From a candidate division FCPU426 bacterium (GTDB lineage: Bacteria > Oederibacteriota > PGYV01 > Palsa-1178), in assembly GCA_963840035.1 (NCBI GenBank), contig CAWIXE010000001.1, positions 864,001 to 928,000 on the forward strand: a DNA stretch of 64,000 nucleotides. The letters run 5' to 3'. The translations under genes were made by a program, and so were the position numbers. Shown here piece by piece: positions 39,203 to 49,469 of the stretch. The notes below the pieces were generated by a model. It had not been told where the DNA came from and did not search any database. It saw only the letters and a list, made by a program, of their open reading frames with translations. The first letter of the stretch is position 1, and each line of letters starts with the position of its first letter.

Positions 39203-40876
39203 ATGAAAAAGAGCATACGAATTTTAATGATGTTACCTGTGTTGTTATTATTTTATTCAGCAGTAAGTTCCGCGGATGATGCTGCTGTTTTTGTTGCGGA
39301 TTTCAAAAAAACCGCTGTTTATCGGGATTTTTTTGATGGCGCGTCCATCTCGGGAAAGGAAAACCTGGTTATTCTGGCTTCTACAAAATTCATGGCCATG
39401 GAACAGGGTGCAAGAGACGGTATTTCCAGGGAAGCGGTAAATGCCTGGAAGCAAATATCCAAAACTAATGACAGGATAGCATATGTGGAGATACGGGAAG
39501 GCAATATAAGAACAACATTATGGGAATCAAAAGGCAGGGATGCGGCTGTAATAGCGGAGCAGTGGGGACAGCAGAGAAATGCTGAAACCGGACTTAATGT
39601 ATTTTTATCAGGGGGTATGAACGGGTCCTTTGAATCAAAAGAAACTCTGGCAACCTCCGCATACGCGACTGTCGGGACATATTTTTTCCAGAACATGCTG
39701 GACTCATCTTTTAATTATAGTTACTCTAAGGGCGGGTCGTATATCCTCGGGCTAAGCGGCAGGGTTCATTTTTTGATAGACCCGAAATGGGATTTTAATC
39801 TTGGTGTTCAGGGGAGCTATGCATCCGGCGGAGGGGCGTTGGACCTGTCGGGGCTTATAGGTTTCAGTAATTTTATCGCTTACAGGAGCAGCCTTGACCT
39901 GACGCTGAGCCTGGGAGCCTCCGGAGTATGCACGCTTGGAGCCGGCATAACCCATTATTTTGACTACGGAAAAGATTTTGACAGCAGGCCTAAAACCAAT
40001 AAACAGTCTGTATACAACAGGATAGAACAGGGGTTTACATCAATCAGCACCCCGTCAAGAACCTTGTCAATGGCGGAAAATACTCCATGGCCTACTTTTA
40101 CCATGGAGCCAACGCCCCGGCCTACCCCGGCCGCCGAGCAAGTTCAGGAAGCCACGGAAATACAAACTGCGCCGGTCAGCGGGGAAACAAAGGACATACA
40201 GCCGCCTGATACCACGTCTGAAAGCACGCCGACGCCGTACGCAACGAAATATGACGGAAAAAAGGAAACGCAAAAGGAACTTGAGGAAAGGCTCAAGAAG
40301 GAAATAAGGGACGAGCTCAGGGACGAGCAAACCCAAAAAAAACCAGCGGTAAAAAAAGACGGCACTACGGCGGGGATATTCATTGAATACGACATGATGA
40401 GCTTTGGAAGGTCATTTGTGAACAATTGGACAGACTGGAACGGAAGGCTGGGGTTCGGAGATGACGGAAATTTCGGGATGGTGTTCATAATAGACGGCAT
40501 GAAATATGATGATGCCAATATGACGGGGCTCACTGTGGGCCTTGATATCGGGTTTGATATTTATCCTTTCGGGCGCTCGCCGTCGGGTTTTTATATAGGT
40601 CCGGTCATCGGCGGAAGAACCAACCATTTAAAAGTAAATCTAAAAAACAGCTACGATTTTTACACGATAGCGGCCGGAGGGGAAGCCGGAATAAGGGCGC
40701 TGATGAACTGGCTTGTCCTTGACCTGGGTTTTGCATACACCGCAGGCATAGATATCTATGGCCCTAGTTCGGAGCTGAACGTTTCAGAAATCAAACAGCA
40801 GATAAAGGGCGATTGTTTTTTCCGCGCCGGCCTGGGGGTCATGTTCTATGCATCAGACAGCTCCAAAAAAAAGTAA
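39203..40876 (+). CDS. Hypothetical outer-membrane protein (two beta-barrel-like regions, Pro/Thr/Glu linker)
   Basis: Signal peptide; alternating Gly/aromatic strands in two blocks. Confidence 0.6.
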   Translation: MKKSIRILMMLPVLLLFYSAVSSADDAAVFVADFKKTAVYRDFFDGASISGKENLVILASTKFMAMEQGARDGISREAVNAWKQISKTNDRIAYVEIREGNIRTTLWESKGRDAAVIAEQWGQQRNAETGLNVFLSGGMNGSFESKETLATSAYATVGTYFFQNMLDSSFNYSYSKGGSYILGLSGRVHFLIDPKWDFNLGVQGSYASGGGALDLSGLIGFSNFIAYRSSLDLTLSLGASGVCTLGAGITHYFDYGKDFDSRPKTNKQSVYNRIEQGFTSISTPSRTLSMAENTPWPTFTMEPTPRPTPAAEQVQEATEIQTAPVSGETKDIQPPDTTSESTPTPYATKYDGKKETQKELEERLKKEIRDELRDEQTQKKPAVKKDGTTAGIFIEYDMMSFGRSFVNNWTDWNGRLGFGDDGNFGMVFIIDGMKYDDANMTGLTVGLDIGFDIYPFGRSPSGFYIGPVIGGRTNHLKVNLKNSYDFYTIAAGGEAGIRALMNWLVLDLGFAYTAGIDIYGPSSELNVSEIKQQIKGDCFFRAGLGVMFYASDSSKKK

Positions 40877-40897
40877 AATATCTCAGGGAGAACTGAC

Positions 40898-41779
40898 ATG
40901 AAAAAAAGAATGGATGCTTTATGCGCGGTTTTACTTGCCTTGCTATTTTTATCCGCATGCAACAAGCATAATCCATATGAACCATTTAAAAATCTTGCCG
41001 ATTACGCGGCGCTTGTGGATGTACCGGGAGGGACATACCTCCAATCCGACGGAGTATATAGCTTCGTCCATACCGTATCGTCATTTAAAATGGGTAAATA
41101 TGAAGTAACATGGGATATCTGGGAACCGGTCAAAAAGTGGGGCGACGCAAATGGCTACTCTTTTGCCATGGGAACAGGCAGCACGGGAATGCCCGTTACA
41201 AATGTGAGATGGCGTGATGTGATGGTGTGGTGCAATGCCTACAGCGTAAAGTCCGGGCTGACGCCATGTTATACTTTCGGAGGCGCGGCAATTAAAGATG
41301 CAAACAACGCGGCTGCAAGTGACAACGCGGTCTGCGTCTGGTCCAATAACGGATTCAGGCTGCCGACTGAAGGCGAGTGGCAGTATGCGGCGAGTTATAT
41401 AAACGGGACAAACTGGACGCCATTTAACTATGCCAGCGGGGCGAATGCGTATTACGGCAATACGACAGAGAATAACAGAGTGTCATGGACAAGCGCAAAT
41501 TCCGGGCTTGTCAAACATACGGCCGGCACCAGAGAAGCCAATTATCTGGGAATCTTCGATATGACAGGCAATGTCTGGGAATTGTGCTGGGATTTTTACG
41601 GCGCGTACCCGGGCACATCGACAGATTACAGGGGACCATCAAGCGGCACACAGAGGGTGACCAAGGGTGGAAGTTACATTAGATCTGTTTATTACTACGG
41701 GGAAGTTGGCTCCCGTGCCTCGGAATATTCTTATATTGCAGGCGAGGATATAGGATTCCGCATCGCAAGGTCTTTTTAG
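40898..41779 (+). CDS. FGE-sulfatase (SUMF1)-domain lipoprotein
   Basis: Lipobox LSAC; MGKYEVT, PVTNVRW, FRLPTEGEWQYAA, DMTGNVWE, KGGS and GFRIAR. Confidence 0.9.
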   Translation: MKKRMDALCAVLLALLFLSACNKHNPYEPFKNLADYAALVDVPGGTYLQSDGVYSFVHTVSSFKMGKYEVTWDIWEPVKKWGDANGYSFAMGTGSTGMPVTNVRWRDVMVWCNAYSVKSGLTPCYTFGGAAIKDANNAAASDNAVCVWSNNGFRLPTEGEWQYAASYINGTNWTPFNYASGANAYYGNTTENNRVSWTSANSGLVKHTAGTREANYLGIFDMTGNVWELCWDFYGAYPGTSTDYRGPSSGTQRVTKGGSYIRSVYYYGEVGSRASEYSYIAGEDIGFRIARSF

Positions 41780-41924
41780 AAATCAACATAGAAACTTATT
41801 AAAATTGATTACCTTTCAAAACCGCAGTATAATCTTTACATAAGTTACTAATTCGACGGCTGGAGCGATAATGAAACGATTTGTTGCGGCCATTAAAGCA
41901 CACTTTCAAACCCGGAGGTTAAGG

Positions 41925-42174
41925 ATTAAAAACTTCGATTTTGTGGTTGCCAATCCGCCTTTCAGCTACAATCATGGTCCAACGGCGTGGACATTAATAA
42001 TGACCCGCATGAACGCTTTACCGGGTTTGGCGTGCCTCCAGCAAAAAACGGCGATTATGCGTTTTTGCTCCATATTATCCGTTCAATGAAAACCAGAGCA
42101 AAAGGCGCTGTAATATTGCCGCATGGAGTTTTATTCCGCGGAAATACGGAAGGCAATAACAGGACTAATATCAT
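41925..42174 (+). pseudogene. hsdM: Internal fragment of type I restriction-modification M subunit
   Basis: FDFVVANPPFS (N6-MTase motif IV), then in another frame PPAKNGDYAFLLHI..GAVILPHGVLFRGN; frameshifted and truncated. Confidence 0.8.
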
Positions 42175-42354
42175 GGGCGACCGCGTCAGAGCCTGATTCG
42201 TGATTCTATTTTCCCGTGTAAATCACAATTTCCTTACGCAACAGTATAGGGTGAAGCAAGTACAAACAGACAATACTCCAACCGTTAATCGAAGTAATCA
42301 AATGTCAACGCAGAATTGGTGTCAGGCACTAAAACTGCGTTGACAACTTGTAAA
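42175..42354 (+). repeat. 180-bp element, copy 1
   Basis: Identical to 47009-47188 except one substitution; terminal hairpin TGTCAACGCAG...CTGCGTTGACA. Confidence 0.9.
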
Positions 42355-42396
42355 GTGGAGAAAGCCCGGAAAAACAAATCCGCAAAATTTCCTTGA

Positions 42397-43347
42397 CGGT
42401 CGCAGTATGAGGCGTTAAGGGCTGTAAATAAAGAGTTAATAGTTTTGTATTTGGATTTAGGAAGAATGATTTACGAAAAGCAGATGGTGTTGAAGTGGGG
42501 AAAGGCTGTTGTGGAGAATCTGGCAATTGATCTGCAATTAGAATACCCGGGAACTAAAGGATTTTCCAGCAGGAACATATGGAGAATGAAGGCTTTTTAT
42601 GAAATGTGTCAAACTGACCCAAAACTGCCACCAATGGTGGCAGAAATCAGCTGGGCTAAAAATATAGCTATAATGGAATCATGCAGGGATATCAAAGAGC
42701 GCATATTCTATATAAAAATGACGAAAAAATTCGGCTGGACAAAAAACGTGCTCATACACCAGATAGAAGGGAACAGTTACCGGGCTTATCTTGAAAACCA
42801 GACCAATTTTGATGCTTCGGTGCCGGAAAAATACAGGAACCAGGCCAAACTCGCCGTGAAAGACGAATATACGTTTGATTTCCTTGAACTGCCTGAGCAG
42901 CATGCTGAGCGGGAACTTGAAGAACAGCTGATTATGAAAATAAACAGGTTCCTGGCGGAGATGGGCGGTTATTTCAGTTTTGTGGGAAGCCAGTACAGGC
43001 TGGAGGTCGATGGGCACGAGTTTTTTGTAGACCTGCTTTTTTATCACCGGGCTCTTAAATGTCTTATCGCATTGGAATTAAAAACGGGAGAATATAAAGC
43101 CGAGTACGCGGGAAAAATGCAGTTTTATCTTTCTGTTCTAAATGACAGGGTAAAACTCAGCGGAGAGAATCCTTCCATAGGGATAATCCTGTGTAAAACA
43201 AAAAACAGGACAATTGTGGAGTATTCACTGACATCAGTCAAGCATCCCATAGGCGTAGCCTCATACCGGCTTACGGACAAACTGCCGGTGAAGTACAGAA
43301 AACATATAGGTCCTGTTGAATCAATTGCCGGCAGAATTTTCCAATAG
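42397..43347 (+). CDS. YhcG/DUF1016 PD-(D/E)XK nuclease-domain protein, 5'-truncated
   Basis: GFSSRNIWRM, KDEYTFDFL, VDLLFYHR, LELK, GKMQFY and IGIILC. Family-like sequence (SQYEALRAVNKELI) continues upstream of TTG 42445 to an in-frame TGA without a start codon. Confidence 0.85.
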   Translation, partial: RSQYEALRAVNKELIVLYLDLGRMIYEKQMVLKWGKAVVENLAIDLQLEYPGTKGFSSRNIWRMKAFYEMCQTDPKLPPMVAEISWAKNIAIMESCRDIKERIFYIKMTKKFGWTKNVLIHQIEGNSYRAYLENQTNFDASVPEKYRNQAKLAVKDEYTFDFLELPEQHAERELEEQLIMKINRFLAEMGGYFSFVGSQYRLEVDGHEFFVDLLFYHRALKCLIALELKTGEYKAEYAGKMQFYLSVLNDRVKLSGENPSIGIILCKTKNRTIVEYSLTSVKHPIGVASYRLTDKLPVKYRKHIGPVESIAGRIFQ

Positions 43348-43533
43348 GCATGGAAAAATCAGTCAGCGGAAGAAGACTAAAAAAACGGGAACCTGCCCTT
43401 CAGCCTCCGCTGAAGCTTTGGCTGTTAGTAGGGTTAATTGTTGATAAGGCTGAGTAATATAGGAAAGGAGGTTTAATGAAATTTAAGGCAATTAAAGTTG
43501 TCTTAAATAGCCAATATTTTCTATGTTAAAACC

Positions 43534-43629
43534 TAGTTGACTGGAATTGACTGTTATTGTATAATTTAAGTCAACTATAGTTTACTTAAAATGCAATATT
43601 ATAGAATAAGTCTAAAATATAGGACTTAA
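43534..43629 (+). promoter_or_regulatory. Fic promoter with inverted-repeat operators
   Basis: TTGACT(43537)-17-TATAAT(43560); palindromes TTAAGTCAAC-TATA-GTTTACTTAA and TAAGTC...GACTTA downstream. Confidence 0.6.
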
Positions 43630-43641
43630 AGGAGTGTTTTT

Positions 43642-44787
43642 ATGAGTGGCAGGGTAGGGGGGTTTGTTAGTCAGGCTTTGGGGTTTAAATCGTTTATGCC
43701 TGAATTGTTGACTTCGGAAAAGTTTAAAATTCACAGTGATGAAGAGCTGATATTGCTGCTCTCAGAGGCAGACCGCAGCCTTGCCTATCTGGACGGAAGC
43801 ACGCAGATATTGCCGGATATAGATTTTTTCATATTCATGTATGTGAAAAAGGAAGCCTTGCTTAGTTCACAGATAGAAGGCACACAGGCTTCTTTGCAGG
43901 GCGTGCTTGAGTTTGAAGCTGATTTGACGCCTAAGGGTGAAAAAATAAATGATATAAAAGAGGTAGTTAATTATCAGAAGGCACTTGATTATGGGCTCGG
44001 GCGGATAAAGGACCTGCCTTTATCGCTGCGGCTGATAAATGAAATACACACAATACTGATGGAAGGAACGAGGGGACACGAAAAAACTCCGGGTGAATTC
44101 AGGCGGAGCCAGAACTGGATAGGGGCGCATGGCGCCACTATAAAAACCGCGGTTTTTGTCCCGCCGCCTCATACAGAGATAATAGCCTTAATGGGCGACA
44201 TGGAAAAGTACATTCACCTTGAAGACAAGGTTCCGCCCCTTATAAAAATAGCTTTGATACACTATCAGTTTGAGACCATACATCCGTATCTTGACGGGAA
44301 TGGCAGGATAGGCCGCCTTCTGATAACTTTCTACCTGCTGTGGAAAAACATACTGCAGTCACCGGTGCTGTACCTGAGTTATTATTTTAAAAAGAACAGG
44401 CCGGAATACTATGAGAGGCTCAATGATGTCAGAAGAAAGGACGATGTGGAAGGATGGGTTAAATTTTTCCTGAAAGGGATAATAGAGGTGAGCAGGGATG
44501 CTTCCGCCGCATCAAGGGAGATAATCAATCTAAGGGAGCGCCTGATAGATAAACACAGCCAAAAATCAATCCATGCGGTGAGATTGATCAACTACCTCTT
44601 TCATATGCCTTTCATCAGCGGAAAAGAAATCGAGAACCATCTGAAAATATCGAAACAAACAGCCCTCATACTGCTGAAAGAATTTGAAAGAGAAGGCGTT
44701 CTGAAAGAGTATACGGGAAAAAAGAGATGGAAAAAATATCTTTTTAGTGAATACGTTTCTATAATAAAAAAAGGAACGGAAGAATAA
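43642..44787 (+). CDS. Fic family protein (Fic_N plus Fic plus wHTH)
   Basis: EALLSSQIEG, PGEFRRSQNWIG and HPYLDGNGRIGR. Confidence 0.93.
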   Translation: MSGRVGGFVSQALGFKSFMPELLTSEKFKIHSDEELILLLSEADRSLAYLDGSTQILPDIDFFIFMYVKKEALLSSQIEGTQASLQGVLEFEADLTPKGEKINDIKEVVNYQKALDYGLGRIKDLPLSLRLINEIHTILMEGTRGHEKTPGEFRRSQNWIGAHGATIKTAVFVPPPHTEIIALMGDMEKYIHLEDKVPPLIKIALIHYQFETIHPYLDGNGRIGRLLITFYLLWKNILQSPVLYLSYYFKKNRPEYYERLNDVRRKDDVEGWVKFFLKGIIEVSRDASAASREIINLRERLIDKHSQKSIHAVRLINYLFHMPFISGKEIENHLKISKQTALILLKEFEREGVLKEYTGKKRWKKYLFSEYVSIIKKGTEE

Positions 44788-44953
44788 ACGGGATAAATAA
44801 GGTCAATGGAATTCTTGGGCTGTGGGAAAAGCTGCGTAATGAAGATTTCAAAGGGGTAGAATTCGACTCCTTTGTGTACCATTCTTTATTTGCGATGGAA
44901 TTGCCCGGAAGGTTTATGGTATAATTATTTTACATAATAACCGGGGGTTGCAT

Positions 44954-45958
44954 ATGAAAAAAACAGTTTTTATAATTTTGATTGCCATGTATGTTTTTGT
45001 CCTTGTCAGCTGCGCCACAAAACATCCAACCGGGCCAATAACGGTTGTATCCACGGCGACTGCCACGCGCACGCAGGTTGCGGCGACTTCAACTCATACA
45101 CCAACACGCACAAAGACCCCGGACAACACTGCCACTGCGTCATTTTCCGCGACAGGCACCTTAACAGCCACGGACACCGGCACCAAAACATTTACACCGA
45201 CCTTAACCCCGACCAAAACAGCCACTATGACCGTTACGGAAACGCCAACCATAACCGCGACTGGGACAGTCACGTCCACCATTACAGTATCGCCGACAGC
45301 CTCTATTTCAGCGACATATACTGAAACAGCCACTGACACACCGGTGTACTCGCCGACCACAACCCCGACAGCTTTAAACTGCAGCTATTCGGGAAATGAA
45401 GTGGTGATAAGCCAGATATACGGCGGGGCAAGTTCTTCGGTCTTCGGGGGCAGTTATAATTATGATTTTGTAGTCCTGCACAACAGGTCAGACTGCGCTT
45501 TTACAATGACCAACTGGAGCATACAGTACGCCGCGGCAATGGGAACTTCGATTAGTTCCAAGTTTACGCTCAACGGCACCATACAACCCGGCGGATATTA
45601 TCTTATAAGGATGTACGGCCCGGGCATAGAAGGCAGCGCGCTGCCGGCAGCTGACGCGTCAACCAGCATGAGCATTGCTTCCAACGCGGGAATGTTCTAT
45701 CTGCACAACCAGACTACAGACGTGCCCCTTGCCGCCTACGGGTGCCCGGCCGGTACTATCAAGGATTTTGTAGGGTACGGCGGAGCCGGCGGGGTCAACT
45801 GCTGGGATGGCACTTCCCCGGTGAGCTCGCCATTGATTAATCAGGGCTGCATAAGGAAAACCAGCGGATGCCAGGATACGAACAGTAATTACAACGACTT
45901 TACGGTAGGAATCCCATCACCGCAGAATTCCGCGTCCACGGCAGTCATCTGCCCGTAG
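44954..45958 (+). CDS. Lipoprotein with Thr-rich stalk and lamin-tail (LTD) domain
   Basis: Lipobox LVSC; VVISQIYGG..DFVVLHN..WSIQYA..GTIQPGGYYLI..DFVGYG..DTNSNYNDF..P.NS. Confidence 0.8.
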   Translation: MKKTVFIILIAMYVFVLVSCATKHPTGPITVVSTATATRTQVAATSTHTPTRTKTPDNTATASFSATGTLTATDTGTKTFTPTLTPTKTATMTVTETPTITATGTVTSTITVSPTASISATYTETATDTPVYSPTTTPTALNCSYSGNEVVISQIYGGASSSVFGGSYNYDFVVLHNRSDCAFTMTNWSIQYAAAMGTSISSKFTLNGTIQPGGYYLIRMYGPGIEGSALPAADASTSMSIASNAGMFYLHNQTTDVPLAAYGCPAGTIKDFVGYGGAGGVNCWDGTSPVSSPLINQGCIRKTSGCQDTNSNYNDFTVGIPSPQNSASTAVICP

Positions 45959-46102
45959 GGAACGCGCGGCGTTTGAATGACGTGACAGGATGCGGGGCTA
46001 GAGCTGACAATCGAAGGTCTGATACCATTCTCTTTATAGAAATGAAACGAGATATTATTAGCTTCTAAAACAGATACAGCTAAAAATACGAGAGGAAACT
46101 TT

Positions 46103-46756
46103 GTGAAGAAATTCTACAAACTTGTGATATTTGATTTTGATGGGACCCTTGTTGATTCCGCCGACGGCATATGGCACACGGCAAACGAAATGGCAAAAAA
46201 GTATAACCTGAAGATATTTAAAAGGGAATTTATTGAGAAGGCACTCGGGACAGGCATGGATAATTTTTTTAACGATATTTTCCCGGAACAGGTCAAACAG
46301 CTTGGACTAAAAGAAGTCGCCAGGATAAACCTAGCTATATACGATATGATGTACAAAGAAGGGCTGAAAATATACCCAAATGTAAAGCGGACGCTGAAGC
46401 ACCTCCATTCGCGCGGGATCAAACTCGCAATCGCCTCAAACAAATTAAAAAAGTATGTAACTTTAATAAGCAAGGAGTTAGGGATAAAGGAATACTTCGA
46501 TATAATTTTAGGCGGAGAGGATGTAAAGCGCCGAAAACCCGATCCGTTTGTCGTGTATTATCTCATGAAAAAGTACGTATTAAAGAAAGAAGATGTGCTT
46601 TTTGTTGGGGATAGCCAATATGACGTTGAGACCGCCAAAAATGCGGGTGTTGACTGCGTATTCCTCAAATACGGTTACGCTGACAGGGCCATCGTGAAAA
46701 AACTTAAACCAGAATTTCAGTTTAAGGATTTCGGGGATATAAAAGACATAATATAA
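46103..46756 (+). CDS. HAD-superfamily hydrolase, phosphoglycolate phosphatase-like
   Basis: DFDGTLVDS, ASNK, KPDP and VGDSQYD motifs. Confidence 0.9.
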   Translation: MKKFYKLVIFDFDGTLVDSADGIWHTANEMAKKYNLKIFKREFIEKALGTGMDNFFNDIFPEQVKQLGLKEVARINLAIYDMMYKEGLKIYPNVKRTLKHLHSRGIKLAIASNKLKKYVTLISKELGIKEYFDIILGGEDVKRRKPDPFVVYYLMKKYVLKKEDVLFVGDSQYDVETAKNAGVDCVFLKYGYADRAIVKKLKPEFQFKDFGDIKDII

Positions 46757-46776
46757 TATGGGGAGTAATTAGCATT

Positions 46777-47008
46777 ATGAAATCAATTACAGACTGCCGG
46801 TTGTTATTTTTTTATTAATCACACTCCTTTGCTCCTGCGGTAAGCTTCCCATAAACGAACCCGGTAAAACTGTCCCTCCGTTTACCACTGATTTTGAATC
46901 CGGGAACATAGACGGGTGGAGGAAAAATTACAATGAGTAAACCACTTCCTTTAATATAGTCTCTGACATAACCGCACGCAAGTGGTTATATTGCGGCAAG
47001 TTCACTAA
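46777..47008 (+). pseudogene. Degraded lipoprotein gene 5' fragment (possible polysaccharide-lyase family)
   Basis: LLCSC lipobox, FTTDFESGNIDGW, internal stop; interrupted by the 180-bp element. Confidence 0.4.
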
Positions 47009-47188
47009 GGGCGACCGCGTCAGAGCCTGATTCGTGATTCTATTTTCCCGTGTAAATCACAATTTCCTTACGCAACAGTATAGGGTGAAGCAAGTACAAA
47101 CAGACAATACGCCAACCGTTAATCGAAGTAATCAAATGTCAACGCAGAATTGGTGTCAGGCACTAAAACTGCGTTGACAACTTGTAAA
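47009..47188 (+). repeat. 180-bp element, copy 2
   Basis: 179/180 identical to 42175-42354, same orientation. Confidence 0.9.
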
Positions 47189-47488
47189 ATTGAGAATGCC
47201 CGGCCAATTAATCCGGGGAATTTTATCGGACCGATTATTTTTGGAAAGGTTCGGGGCGGAAAAGATGATATCTACACTATTGAGAAAATTGACAGGGTCC
47301 TATGACGCATGCTGGTTTCACAGGCAGGGATTAATTTTCACTATACAACACGCAAGAAAAAAGGTAAAATATGTAAAGTTCTTGAGGCTTTAATATTAAA
47401 AGGAAAGAAACCAGACTGTTTCTTTCCCTGCTGCTGATGCGGACGCTTTCTGTTCGGATTATCAGACTAAACTAAACGGTGCCAAAAA

Positions 47489-48832
47489 ATGAACAGAAAA
47501 ACGGACGTACCAAAACTATTTTTAATAATTGTATTGACCTTTGTACCTGCATTTATATCGGCAGCCACCTGGACCATATGCCCTTCAGGCTGCGACTACA
47601 CTTCCATTCAGACCGCCTATAGCAACGCCTTAGCAGGCGACACCCTTGAACTGCGCGCAAACCTTGCGGAAAATCTCTACATGATGAACGCGAAAGCATG
47701 CAACATAACTTCCCAGACAGGGAACAGGTTTACCTGGGACGGCGCAAATGACGGCAACCCAACACTGACCGTCGAGTCATACGGCTCGGCATACAATGCC
47801 TGGACCATCTCAAACATTGTGATGGACCACTCCAGCGCGAGCGGAGGTTATGTCATCCGGATGTACAGGGGAAGCAACGGCGACATAAACCCGAACCTGA
47901 CAATAACTCAGAGCATACTTATGAGGACATCACCTTCAAATACCAACGGCGCGATCATCAGCAGCCAGGGGTCGACATGGAACGGCACGGATTCAACGGC
48001 AGTAACGCTGACAAGGACAGAACTAATAGGCTCATCAAATTGCGACGGGCTCTGGTATGACGGCGGAAATAACACCCATCCTTATGACCTGACCAACTGC
48101 ATACTCAGGGGTTTTACCGGAACAAGGCGCGCCATTTTTGACGGCGGAAACAACTGGGCTATAAGCGTGGCAATGACAAATTGCACTTTTTTTAACAATA
48201 ATGAGGCGTACAGGGCCGCAAGCTCTGCCAACGGCCCGAAGCAGTATATAAAAAATTGCCTGTTCATAGGAAATACCTCTGATATCGCAAACCTTAGCGC
48301 AAGCAGGAAAGCGGACATAACATACTGCGCCATATCAGGCTCGGGTTACGGAACCGGCTGCCAGTATAACCCGGTGGCGGCTAATGAAGTGGTGAATCCT
48401 GACACATCAGGAACGCCGGATCTCCACCTGCTTTCCACCGCGCCAAAAAGCCTTGATAAAGGAACAAACACAGGAGCGCCGGCAGTGGATTATCCGGGAA
48501 ATCCAAGGCCGTTTAATCTCATAACGGACATAGGCGCATACGAATATGTGCCTTCGCTTATGATATCAAAATCCGCGAACGTTAACGCGGCGTACCTTGG
48601 CGACACCATCACATACTGCATAACATATACCAACAGCTCCACGACAGAGGATAAGGAAACAGACATATGGGACACCATCCCGGGAAATATGGTGTTTTCA
48701 GGGTGCAATAATAGCTGCGACGTGCAGGCATTCGGGATATATAGTTTAGTGCACTGGTACATTGCGGTCCCGCCGGGGGCGTATGGAACCATGTGTTTTT
48801 ACGCCAGGATTACTGATTACGTAAGGCCTTAG
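47489..48832 (+). CDS. Secreted beta-helix protein with choice-of-anchor-Q-like and DUF11-like regions
   Basis: Signal peptide, CDYTSIQTA, DLHLLSTAP..DKG..DYPGNPR..DIGAYE and ISKSAN..GDTITYCITYTN. Confidence 0.7.
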   Translation: MNRKTDVPKLFLIIVLTFVPAFISAATWTICPSGCDYTSIQTAYSNALAGDTLELRANLAENLYMMNAKACNITSQTGNRFTWDGANDGNPTLTVESYGSAYNAWTISNIVMDHSSASGGYVIRMYRGSNGDINPNLTITQSILMRTSPSNTNGAIISSQGSTWNGTDSTAVTLTRTELIGSSNCDGLWYDGGNNTHPYDLTNCILRGFTGTRRAIFDGGNNWAISVAMTNCTFFNNNEAYRAASSANGPKQYIKNCLFIGNTSDIANLSASRKADITYCAISGSGYGTGCQYNPVAANEVVNPDTSGTPDLHLLSTAPKSLDKGTNTGAPAVDYPGNPRPFNLITDIGAYEYVPSLMISKSANVNAAYLGDTITYCITYTNSSTTEDKETDIWDTIPGNMVFSGCNNSCDVQAFGIYSLVHWYIAVPPGAYGTMCFYARITDYVRP

Positions 48833-48879
48833 AACAAGTACACTTCTGAATTTACAAACAATTCCTGACCCCCATTACT

Positions 48880-49080
48880 GATATTGTCAAGAATTGTGTG
48901 TAAATTGTTTTGTTCTTTTTTCCCTCTCCCCTTGGGAGAGGGCAGGGTGAGGGGAATAAGACAATTGGTTTCACCTCACCCCAGCCCCTCTCCTAAGAGG
49001 AGAGGGGGAGCAGTGGTAGAAGAAAATTAACACGTTTAATATAAGCAAATATGAATTTACACACGATTATATACAATAAC
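48880..49080. mobile_element. Non-autonomous MITE with IS256-type ends and 9-bp target duplication
   Basis: 27-bp imperfect TIR (GATATTGTCAAGAATTGTGTGTAAATT, 22/27), flanked by CCCATTACT at 48871-48879 and 49081-49089. Confidence 0.75.
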
Positions 49081-49166
49081 CCCATTACTCCATTACTTGA
49101 ATTATTGCCGCATTCGGGTATACTTGTGTATACGGTGATTATTAGAACCGGCAAAAAACAGCAGAG

Positions 49167-49469
49167 GTGAATATGTATTTTACAATGTCGTGGGATATTG
49201 AAGGCGATGACAAGGCTTTTACGAGGATAAGCAGCCTTATCATGGATATTATCAAGAAACACTCCATGATGACAACAGAGCCTGTCTCAAAGTACCTGAT
49301 GGTGAAGATTGAATCAGAGGCCTACTGGAACATCATTTTAAAATCTTTAACCGGAATCTGCGAGATGTATAAGGGCAAGGTGAACTTCATAATGTCGCCT
49401 CCGCTTTCGGGCGGGCAGTGTAATGGAAGGATAAAGGACTGGACAAAGGTCAATGAGGTAATGAAGTAG
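49167..49469 (+). CDS. Hypothetical protein
   Basis: 100-aa ORF with plausible codon usage; GTG start, possibly ATG 49173. Confidence 0.6.
   Translation: MNMYFTMSWDIEGDDKAFTRISSLIMDIIKKHSMMTTEPVSKYLMVKIESEAYWNIILKSLTGICEMYKGKVNFIMSPPLSGGQCNGRIKDWTKVNEVMK

Noticed and set aside
41600..41779. DGR variable region in the FGE/C-lectin-fold lipoprotein
   Set aside because: No template repeat, reverse transcriptase or avd was seen in the window. Several candidate codons (GAA, GAG, TCG) do not fit AAY-derived variation. A remote DGR cannot be excluded.
42175..42354. Group II intron or tRNA/att-site remnant
   Set aside because: No GUGYG start, domain V or cloverleaf/CCA features.
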